This document shows positions 56,053 to 64,000 of a stretch of DNA of 64,000 bases, piece by piece. The first letter of the stretch is position 1; each line of letters begins with the position of its first letter. The notes under the pieces were generated by a model. The model had not been told where the DNA came from. It saw only the letters and a program-made list of their open reading frames with translations, and searched no databases. A program made the translations under genes and the position numbers. Source of the DNA: Patescibacteria group bacterium (lineage in GTDB: Bacteria > Patescibacteriota > Patescibacteriia > UBA10025 > JAHIVO01); NCBI GenBank assembly GCA_028718605.1, contig JAQULM010000002.1, forward strand, positions 193,776-257,775. Direction: 5' to 3'.

Positions 56053-56826
56053 ATGCCAACCCCCACTAACCTGGCTGTACTGTTATCCACAGTCGGCCTT
56101 GAACCAAAAGAAGCTCTGGTCTATGAGGCCTTATTGGGATTGGGGAAAACGGGCATAGGCCAGCTCCTCAACCGCGTGCCGTACAAGCGCGGCAATACCT
56201 ACGTCCTGGTGTATTCCCTGATAAAGAAAGGCTTGGTAGCGGAAATTGAAGAACACGGCCGGAAGGTATTCGTTGTCGAGCCCCCGGACCGTCTTATGGC
56301 GCTTGTTGAAGAGCGCCAAAAAGACACGGCTCGCCAGCAGCAAACCCTGGACCGTGCGCTCCCCGATCTTCTATCACGCTACCGGCTCGCGATGAACAAA
56401 CCAGGCGTACGGTACTTCGAAGGCAGGGAAGGAATCATAAAAATCTACGAAGAGCTGCTCGCAAATAACCTGCCGATCGACAGCATCGAAGAAAAAGGCG
56501 ACCTTGTCGCGTACCTCCCAGATTATGCCCCGGAGTACGTGCGCAAACGAATCGCGAAAAAACTATTTAATCGCGTTATCTCTCCAGATTCAAATTCATT
56601 GAACAAAACAGATCCGGCCAAATTCATCGAAGCCCGGCTCGCTCCTGCAGCGCGATTCCCGTTTCGCATGGACATCAAAATTAGCGGGAACAAAGTCTCA
56701 CTGATTACGTTCCAAAAAGAAGACGCTGTCGGCGTACTCATCGACAATCCTGAGATCGCTGCCAACTTCCACATCCTCTTCGAATTCCTCTGGGGCCTTA
56801 TGCCGCACGCTGCGACCGCTGTATAA
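56053..56826 (+). CDS. TrmB-family transcriptional regulator
   Basis: GL..KEA.VY.ALL.LG...R...Y..V.SL..KGLV wHTH, KPGVRYFEGREGI, C-terminal I.GNKV.LI.F......GVLI.N..IA......FE.LW. Confidence 0.88.
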   Translation: MPTPTNLAVLLSTVGLEPKEALVYEALLGLGKTGIGQLLNRVPYKRGNTYVLVYSLIKKGLVAEIEEHGRKVFVVEPPDRLMALVEERQKDTARQQQTLDRALPDLLSRYRLAMNKPGVRYFEGREGIIKIYEELLANNLPIDSIEEKGDLVAYLPDYAPEYVRKRIAKKLFNRVISPDSNSLNKTDPAKFIEARLAPAARFPFRMDIKISGNKVSLITFQKEDAVGVLIDNPEIAANFHILFEFLWGLMPHAATAV

Positions 56827-59800
56827 CTGTTTGCTCAACACCGCCATGCGCGTTAAGGCTACGGAGGTACTCCGCATTACCCGCGACAGCATCGAGCCGC
56901 ACCAACCGGCAGCCCGGTTCGAGCATTTTTGACATCTGCCCACCGTCAAGCGGCCCATTGCTGATAAGCACAGCAAGCGGTGCATCCGTCGTTTTGTAGT
57001 CCTCGCCTTTGATACCGGGGCCTTGCACGATGTAGATTTCTGGTTCCGCTGGAATGACGCCCTGGCGAGCTAACTCATTCAGTTCTTGCTGAACGCCTTG
57101 GAGCTCTGCGATGCGGTAGTACCGCCCAAAATTTTCACGGACATTATCGTCCAAATACATGCCACCCGTCTTCAGCTTCTTCACCACATCTACTATGAAC
57201 TTTCCGTACTTTTCCCGGTCCACATAAACAGTTGACCGCACGCCAAGTGCCACGTCAATCTGCCCATCGCGCAGTTTATTTACTTCCGAAAAATCTCCTA
57301 ACATAACACCTGCCGGATGGGCATTGAGGAGTTCATATACATCCTGCTCGTCAAAATCATCACGCAAATATTTTTCAACCTCGCGAATTAACAGCTGGCG
57401 CGCATCCTGCCATACTGCCGTTTGGCGTGCTACCTCGAACTTTTGAGCATATATCGGGCCATCCGGCGTTTCTATCGCCTGGCTCGTCGGCACCGCCTCG
57501 GCGTCCTGCATTTTTTTGCCGGAATCTTTTAAGTGCTTTTTCAAAGCATTAGGATCGCGGACAATGTCGCTCTGGACATCCTGGTTGTACTCAATTTTGC
57601 CAGCCGCTGTCTGGCCGGCTTTTATGAGGATAGTTCGTTTTACATACTCAACCAGAGACTGCCGATCCTGTTCCTTGAGTTCCTTGCCAAGTGCGACTTC
57701 AATTTTGTCAAAATCAATCAACCGTTGTATGGGCCCCGCCAGATCATAATACAGCGCATCACTCATGGCGAATTCAGTGAAATTATCCGCTGCACCGGAT
57801 AACCGTAATTTGTGTTTGGCCAAACCGCTGCCCGGCCCGAACTCGAGCAGAGTCTTTTTGCCATCGCCCTGGCCGCTCTGGCCTGCTCCCCTGAGCACTT
57901 CCGCCACATTTACGCCTAAACGCTGATTGTACTCCTCCGGTTGACGGTCAACTTTCCAGTACAATTCCGGCATCGGCCTGAGTTTGCCCATTGCATTCAA
58001 TGCGCGCAAATAGATTGCTTCACTCGGCTGTTCCGATCCTCCGATGCTCTGCATGACCATTTCTTGGGCGCGCTCATACTCCGCCAAATCAACGTTATCC
58101 CGCGTGAGAAGCTCCGCAATCTTCATAAATTGTACTCTCAAAACTTCATGAAATGCGGTTTCTTTTTTTAGTTCGGCTATAACTTCACTGACATCGAGAC
58201 CCCCCTGTTCCATTTTATTAAAACTTTCTTTCAATAAATCTTTCGCGCGCACCATCAAACACTCATATATTTCTTGCTGGGACAGCGTAGCACCAGCAGG
58301 TACTCGTGATAATTCTCCCACTAACTTCTCGCTTTTTTCACGTGCGTTATGAGTCAACGCCGCAAATTCTTTAAAAATAATCTGAACTTCTTCGGGTTTC
58401 ATTTTTTTCCCAAGTTCAAGTATTCTTTCGCCCATCGACGGATCGAATTCGGTAGACAAAAAAGTTGTCATGCCGTCGTTGCCATACCGTTTGGTAAATT
58501 CCATTACAGGCTTGGCCTCTTCAGCCCCCCGCCTCTTAATAAATTTCAGAAAATAATTTTGCTCGGGAAGCGTAAGCTGTGAAAGCTCGACGCCAAAATC
58601 TTGATGGATTTGCTCCCGCATCGGGCCACTTTGCAAATACTCATAATCAAAAAGGGTCTGCATGTCAGCTTCTTTGTCTGACGGACCTTTCCCGCTCCTT
58701 GACAGTGTTATGTCTGGTACTTCCAGTTTTTTTAGAAAAAATCCCGCTCTCTGGGACAGCAAACCCCTGTGCTTTATAACGTCTTCCCTGGACGGACTCC
58801 ACTCAAGATACTGCAATCCACTGGCTCGTGCCGCCTTAATTGCCTCCTCCGGGGGCATCATGTGTTCTTCGTGCTCCCGAAGTTCAAGTTGCACAGACTT
58901 AATCTCTGGGTAATCGTCCGGATCGGAAATCGCCAATCTCCCGTCATGCCTAAAGCTACCAAAACGCTGCGGTGCTATAGCAAACGCGTTATTATCGTTC
59001 CGATGATACTCACCACTCTCCATTTCTGACAGTAGCTGCCTCGCCCTGCTATTCAGAAGATAGCTTCCCTCATTCTTTTCAGCCACTGCCCGGAGAACGC
59101 TGATTAACGTTTCCTTTATTTTCACTTCGGAGAACTGCGCGTTATCAGAATACGCATGCAACTGTCTAATAAATTCAAGCCATCTTCCCGTGCGGTTAAA
59201 ATTATTGCTATTTTTAAAGTCGAGGCTTCCCTTAAAAGCCTTTTCATAGTTGAAAAAGGAAGCTAGATAATTCATCGCATCAACGGAAGTTGCTTTAAAT
59301 TCGGGGGACACGTCGGGTCGCCAGTTCATATCTGCCATCCCGTTGAGTAGTAAATCATTATTTATCGTCTGGCCGTTTTGTGATAACACTTTCCAGTACG
59401 CTTCAGCTTGCTCGGGATACTCAAAATACAGCTCCCGCAACACCGTAAATGATTTATCGACCGAGGATGACGTATCCTTGTCATTATCGCGGCGAAAATC
59501 ACCATGCAGCTGCACCGCATTTTCCATTTCGCAACAGAACGACCACAATTCCGTTTCTTTAATGTTGTTTTCCCTCGCTAGCTGAAAACCTCGGCTCATG
59601 ATTACCCTAAAAACCGATTCAGGAAGCTGATGTCGCCGTCCCGCTATTTCGTCAAATAAAAATAAAAACTTCCTATACCCTCGTACATCAAGGGAGGAAA
59701 TCATTGCACATGCTTCTGAATAGTCGTCCTTATCTTCAACATCACCAGATACTAATAACTCCAGTGCTTTTTTTTCGACCGGCATGTCTTGCTCGCCCTC

Positions 59801-59863
59801 GTGCAATTCCTCCGAAACTTGCTGATGGCGGATATCATTATTGATTTCCATGCCCGCTCTCAT
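56798..59863 (-). CDS. Large hypothetical protein (1021 aa) with putative C-terminal SAM-methyltransferase-like domain
   Basis: Long ORF; LLEFGPGSG motif I; later D.ALGVRS..Y and KKLKTGGMYL; own TTGACA-17-TATTAT promoter. Confidence 0.75.
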   Translation of the reverse strand: MRAGMEINNDIRHQQVSEELHEGEQDMPVEKKALELLVSGDVEDKDDYSEACAMISSLDVRGYRKFLFLFDEIAGRRHQLPESVFRVIMSRGFQLARENNIKETELWSFCCEMENAVQLHGDFRRDNDKDTSSSVDKSFTVLRELYFEYPEQAEAYWKVLSQNGQTINNDLLLNGMADMNWRPDVSPEFKATSVDAMNYLASFFNYEKAFKGSLDFKNSNNFNRTGRWLEFIRQLHAYSDNAQFSEVKIKETLISVLRAVAEKNEGSYLLNSRARQLLSEMESGEYHRNDNNAFAIAPQRFGSFRHDGRLAISDPDDYPEIKSVQLELREHEEHMMPPEEAIKAARASGLQYLEWSPSREDVIKHRGLLSQRAGFFLKKLEVPDITLSRSGKGPSDKEADMQTLFDYEYLQSGPMREQIHQDFGVELSQLTLPEQNYFLKFIKRRGAEEAKPVMEFTKRYGNDGMTTFLSTEFDPSMGERILELGKKMKPEEVQIIFKEFAALTHNAREKSEKLVGELSRVPAGATLSQQEIYECLMVRAKDLLKESFNKMEQGGLDVSEVIAELKKETAFHEVLRVQFMKIAELLTRDNVDLAEYERAQEMVMQSIGGSEQPSEAIYLRALNAMGKLRPMPELYWKVDRQPEEYNQRLGVNVAEVLRGAGQSGQGDGKKTLLEFGPGSGLAKHKLRLSGAADNFTEFAMSDALYYDLAGPIQRLIDFDKIEVALGKELKEQDRQSLVEYVKRTILIKAGQTAAGKIEYNQDVQSDIVRDPNALKKHLKDSGKKMQDAEAVPTSQAIETPDGPIYAQKFEVARQTAVWQDARQLLIREVEKYLRDDFDEQDVYELLNAHPAGVMLGDFSEVNKLRDGQIDVALGVRSTVYVDREKYGKFIVDVVKKLKTGGMYLDDNVRENFGRYYRIAELQGVQQELNELARQGVIPAEPEIYIVQGPGIKGEDYKTTDAPLAVLISNGPLDGGQMSKMLEPGCRLVRLDAVAGNAEYLRSLNAHGGVEQTVIQRSQRAA

Positions 59864-59961
59864 AAACTTGCAATTATTTGCTACCTACATCTTACCACCT
59901 TTAACGATACATAATATATATATTTTTTCTTACTGTCAATGTCTGCTATAGTGTACATGCT

Positions 59962-61950
59962 ATGGAATTCAAACTCCAATCAAAATTCAAACCAACCGGC
60001 GACCAACCCCGTGCCATTAAACAGCTCGTTGCTGGCCTGAACAAGGGCTACTCGCACCAGACCCTGCTCGGGGTGACCGGCTCGGGCAAGACGTTCACCA
60101 TGGCCAACGTGATCCAGAAGGTGCAGAAACCCACGCTGGTGATTTCGCATAACAAGACGCTCGCCGCGCAGCTCGCGTCCGAATTCCAGGACTTTTTTCC
60201 TGAAAATTCCGTCAATTACTTCGTTTCATACTACGACTACTACCAGCCCGAGGCGTACATTCCCCGCACCGACACGTACATCGAGAAAGAAACGCAGCTC
60301 AACGAGGAAATTGACCGGCTGCGGCACGCGTCAACGACAGCGCTGCTCTCGCGCGACGACGTCATCATCGTCGCGTCCGTGTCCTGCATCTACGGCCTGG
60401 GATCACCGACTGAATACAAGCAGGATGTACTCAAGCTTGAAAAAGGGTCATCCCTCAAGCGCGATATAATCCTCCATGCGCTCGTGAACATCCGGTACCA
60501 ACGTACCCAATCAGATCTCTGGCGCAGCAAGTTTCGCGTTGCCGGCGACGTACTTGAAGTATTCCCGGCGTATTCGGAGAATAATTTTTTCCGGATCGAA
60601 TTCTACGGCGATACCATTGAAAAAATCAGCGAGGTCGATTCCCTCACGAGAAAAACACTCGCAACGATGGACGCTGTCGATATTTATCCCGCAAAGCACT
60701 ACCTCGCACCCGACGAAACGATGAAACGGGCGCTCCAGCAAATCGCGGCAGACCTCGATACCCAGGTTGCGCGGCTAAAAAAAGAAAACAAGCTTCTCGA
60801 AGCGCAGCGCCTGGATCAACGGACGCGGTACGACCTGGAAATGATCAAGGAAATCGGGTACTGCAACGGCATCGAGAACTACTCGCGGTATTTCGACGGC
60901 AGGAAGCCGGGCCAGCCGCCATTTACCCTCATTGACTTCTTCCCTGACGACTTTCTGACAATCATCGATGAATCGCACATGTCCGTGCCCCAAATACGCG
61001 GCATGTATTTCGGCGACCGTTCACGCAAGGAAACGCTCGTCAGCTTCGGGTTCCGGCTGCCGGCAGCGCTCGATAACCGGCCGCTGAAATACGAGGAGTT
61101 CGCCAAAAAAATGAAGCAAACGGTGTACACATCGGCAACACCGACTGACTATGAGCGTGAAATGTCCCAACAGGTCGTCGAGCAGATCATCCGGCCGACC
61201 GGGCTCCTGGACCCGACGATTGAGGTCAAACCAACGGAAAACCAGATCGACGACTTAATCGCGGAAATCAAGGCGCGAGTCGCGAAAAAACAGCGCGTGC
61301 TCGTAACAACACTCACGAAACGCATGGCCGAGGACCTCACTGATTATCTCGCTGACTTGGAAATCAAGGTACAATACCTGCACTCCGAGGTGGATACCAT
61401 GGAACGGCTGGAAATACTGCGCGACCTGCGTTCTGGCGCGTACGACGTCGTCGTTGGTATCAACCTGCTGCGCGAAGGCTTGGACCTACCCGAGGTGTCA
61501 CTGATCGCTATCCTGGACGCTGACAAGGAAGGTTACCTCCGCTCTGACACTGCCCTGATTCAAACCATGGGCAGGGCTGCGCGCCACGTCGAAGGGCACA
61601 TCATCATGTACGCTGACAAAGTAACGGACTCCATGCGCCGCGCGATCCACGAAACAAACCGCCGCCGCACGATCCAACGGGGGTACAACGAGGAACATGG
61701 CATTACGCCCCAATCAATCACCAAGGCAATCAAGGAAACACGGCTTGCCGGCGCGAAAGCTGCTGCCCCGGAAACGGCGAAATTTCCGCTTAAGGACATC
61801 CCGCGGGAAGAGATCTCGCACCTCATCGCCGACCTCGAATCGCACATGGAGATTGCCGCGAGGAATTTAGAGTTTGAGAAAGCAGCAGCCATCCGCGACC
61901 AGCTTCAGCTTCTCAAAAATACATCAGCACGTAAAAAACGCCGGCGATAA
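59962..61950 (+). CDS. uvrB: Excinuclease ABC subunit B
   Basis: [38 protein letters not shown]-terminal UVR domain (LEFEKAA.IRD). Confidence 0.99.
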   Translation: MEFKLQSKFKPTGDQPRAIKQLVAGLNKGYSHQTLLGVTGSGKTFTMANVIQKVQKPTLVISHNKTLAAQLASEFQDFFPENSVNYFVSYYDYYQPEAYIPRTDTYIEKETQLNEEIDRLRHASTTALLSRDDVIIVASVSCIYGLGSPTEYKQDVLKLEKGSSLKRDIILHALVNIRYQRTQSDLWRSKFRVAGDVLEVFPAYSENNFFRIEFYGDTIEKISEVDSLTRKTLATMDAVDIYPAKHYLAPDETMKRALQQIAADLDTQVARLKKENKLLEAQRLDQRTRYDLEMIKEIGYCNGIENYSRYFDGRKPGQPPFTLIDFFPDDFLTIIDESHMSVPQIRGMYFGDRSRKETLVSFGFRLPAALDNRPLKYEEFAKKMKQTVYTSATPTDYEREMSQQVVEQIIRPTGLLDPTIEVKPTENQIDDLIAEIKARVAKKQRVLVTTLTKRMAEDLTDYLADLEIKVQYLHSEVDTMERLEILRDLRSGAYDVVVGINLLREGLDLPEVSLIAILDADKEGYLRSDTALIQTMGRAARHVEGHIIMYADKVTDSMRRAIHETNRRRTIQRGYNEEHGITPQSITKAIKETRLAGAKAAAPETAKFPLKDIPREEISHLIADLESHMEIAARNLEFEKAAAIRDQLQLLKNTSARKKRRR

Positions 61951-62039
61951 ACCGCTCTGTCGTTGAACCGCGGAACACCGTCTTTGTCGCAAAGAAAAAG
62001 AGCCGCCCGGTACATTCCTATGTACACATAAGCGGCTCG

Positions 62040-64000
62040 TTAATTATCACCTCCTGAAAATACTGTGTTCAAATAGCTTCTGAGCGACCGCGACCGGCTC
62101 GCGTGCCGCATTCTGCGGATCGCCTTTTCCTTGATCTGCCTGACACGCTCGCGGGTCTTGGCGCACTGGGCACCAATCTCCTCAAGCGTATATGACCGTT
62201 CCCTATTGAGGCCGAAATAGAGAGTAAGCACCCAGGCTTCGATTGGTGTCAGTGTATCAAGCGCCTTTTCGATCTCGACCTTGAGACTGGCCTCAAGCGT
62301 CCCGATATCCGGCTGGTCTTTGGGGCCTGCTGGAATGATGTCGAGAAGGGTCCCCTCCTCGTCGTCATAACCAATCGGCTTGTCAAAAGAGAGTGCGTCG
62401 CGGCCCGACACAATCGTTGAGGCAACCTCTGCCTCAGACAGTGCCAATTCATGGGCAATCTCCTCCGACGAAGGTTCGCGGCCGAGCGTTTGCTGCAGAC
62501 GCGCAGTCGTCTTCCCAATCTTGTGGAGAACGCCAACCCGGTTGAGGGGGAGACGCACGGCACGGCTGTGCTCGGCAAGCGCCTGCAGAATCGCCTGACG
62601 GATCCACCAGACAGCGTACGAGATGAACTTGAAGCCTCTCGTCTCGTCAAACCGCTTGGCAGCCTTGATCAGGCCGATGTTACCCTCGTTAATGAGGTCC
62701 GAGAGGGACAAACCCTGGTTCTGGTACTGCTTGGCGACAGACACGACGAAGCGCAGATTGGCACTGGTCAGCTTGTCGAGGGCTTTTTTACTGCCCTGTC
62801 GAATCTGCTGTGCAAGCCTCGCTTCTTCTGCCGCATTTATCAGTGGTGTTCCATTGATTTCCCGCAAATACACGTCGAGCGAATGGTCCTCGTCACGGAA
62901 CGACCGGCTTTTCCCAGAACTCGCCCGTTCTTCACGCACTTGTGGCGATCGAACAGGGCGCGTACGGGCAGTCTTCCGAACCTTCTGAGCAAGGGCTGGC
63001 GGCTCGGGCTCTATGTCGATGACAAGGTTTGCATACGCCTGAGCGTAGAACAGCCAAGAAACCATGCGGACCGCGTACCGCAGCGTATCACCGGCCAATT
63101 CCTTGAGCAATGGCTGATGAACGTGCTCCGGTACGGCTTCGATGAGCCGGTCCCACGGGCACAGGCGGACACCACCGTCATCGGGCATGAGCTCCAGCAG
63201 AAATGGATACTCAACGGCGAGCATGTACCAGAATTTCTCCGGTTCAAGCTCATGGAGTTCCTGATCCACTGGGCCATTGTCGCTCGTGATGGTGCGCAAA
63301 TCCGGAAACTCACCGCGCAGTGCGGCAAATTCATGGGGCTTGCACACCACGATCCTCCCGAGCAACTCGTGAATCACACCGAAGCCGGTCTCAACCGCAC
63401 TCGGTTGCCGCGGAATCGCGAAGCCTCCCGTGAGCACCGGTGGCTGAGCGTCTGATGGCGCCGTAGAGCCACGGTAGTGCTGTACGAGACGGAGGTACAC
63501 GGTGGGGCTGATGCCGATGGATGCAGCGGTAGGTACGATCGTATTCGGATCGTACATGCGTCCAACGAGTTCTGCCTCGGTGCATTTATGCTTCTGGCAA
63601 TACGCCGTAAGGGCTGCATACGCCTTCGCGGGGATGCTAATCCCCGTGGGATGCGCTTGCAGTTCGCCGCCGAACTGCACCGCGGTCGTGGACGCAGCGA
63701 TGAGCTGTGAAACTGCATCGCTATCCAATCCCGCGACTTGGCGCGTGCGTACCCAGTCTGCGAGCTGCGGCATGGTTAGGGACGCATACCGCTTCCGCTT
63801 CTGGAGCTGCCGCAATGCCGCAGGCCATGACCGAAACTTCTGCCATAACTGTGCGATCTCATGGCCGACGATGCCTTCACCGATCCCTTTGAACGGGGAA
63901 CCGGCGATCGATCGAACGGAAGCTGCCGGCTGTTGGGCTGGCGCAACCAACTCAGTCGCGGGAAGCGACTCGATCTCGTACCACCACAGGCAGCGGTGAA
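62040..64000 (-). CDS. Sigma-70 (RpoD/SigA-type) factor with long N-terminal extension; 5' end probably outside window
   Basis: Regions 1.2-4: SLDVYLREI, ANLRFVVSVAKQY, DLINEGNIGLIKAA.RFD, FISYAVWWIRQ, TLEEIG..TRERVRQIKEKA; frame has no stop up to 63998. Confidence 0.9.
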   Translation of the reverse strand, partial: HRCLWWYEIESLPATELVAPAQQPAASVRSIAGSPFKGIGEGIVGHEIAQLWQKFRSWPAALRQLQKRKRYASLTMPQLADWVRTRQVAGLDSDAVSQLIAASTTAVQFGGELQAHPTGISIPAKAYAALTAYCQKHKCTEAELVGRMYDPNTIVPTAASIGISPTVYLRLVQHYRGSTAPSDAQPPVLTGGFAIPRQPSAVETGFGVIHELLGRIVVCKPHEFAALRGEFPDLRTITSDNGPVDQELHELEPEKFWYMLAVEYPFLLELMPDDGGVRLCPWDRLIEAVPEHVHQPLLKELAGDTLRYAVRMVSWLFYAQAYANLVIDIEPEPPALAQKVRKTARTRPVRSPQVREERASSGKSRSFRDEDHSLDVYLREINGTPLINAAEEARLAQQIRQGSKKALDKLTSANLRFVVSVAKQYQNQGLSLSDLINEGNIGLIKAAKRFDETRGFKFISYAVWWIRQAILQALAEHSRAVRLPLNRVGVLHKIGKTTARLQQTLGREPSSEEIAHELALSEAEVASTIVSGRDALSFDKPIGYDDEEGTLLDIIPAGPKDQPDIGTLEASLKVEIEKALDTLTPIEAWVLTLYFGLNRERSYTLEEIGAQCAKTRERVRQIKEKAIRRMRHASRSRSLRSYLNTVFSGGDN

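Noticed and set aside
26957-59962. SOS/LexA boxes upstream of recA, ruvA and uvrB
   Set aside because: No shared palindrome found by eye

Overview
Bacterial chromosome segment, most likely Patescibacteria (CPR). This is inferred from the style of RpoB/RpoC/FtsK/MurE, a TrmB-like regulator and housekeeping genes without Shine-Dalgarno (SD) sites. The first 23 kb is one minus-strand reading frame that the ORF track missed because it runs off the window: GTG at 23135, at least 7,711 codons. It encodes a giant surface protein with an N-terminal MerR/excisionase-type HTH, one hydrophobic helix ending in an A-R-A signal-peptidase motif, His-x-His tail-fibre-like repeats, and about six ~1,000-aa Gly/Thr/Ser-rich super-repeats. 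The rest holds housekeeping genes (plsX, recA, RodZ-like, ftsK, rpoC, rpoB, Nudix, murE, cutA, metK under a SAM-I riboswitch, pckA, an aminotransferase, tRNA-Arg, a nucleotidyltransferase, FemABX, ruvA, malQ, uvrB). Between them sit stand-alone orphan genes with strong SD sites. Other notable items are a ~950-nt hairpin-packed non-coding region with repeated AGGAGAG motifs upstream of two orphans that each end in the same 40-bp hairpin repeat, an FCB-type sigma-70 with a long N-terminal extension, and REP-like palindromes. All calls come from manual reading; no searches were run.
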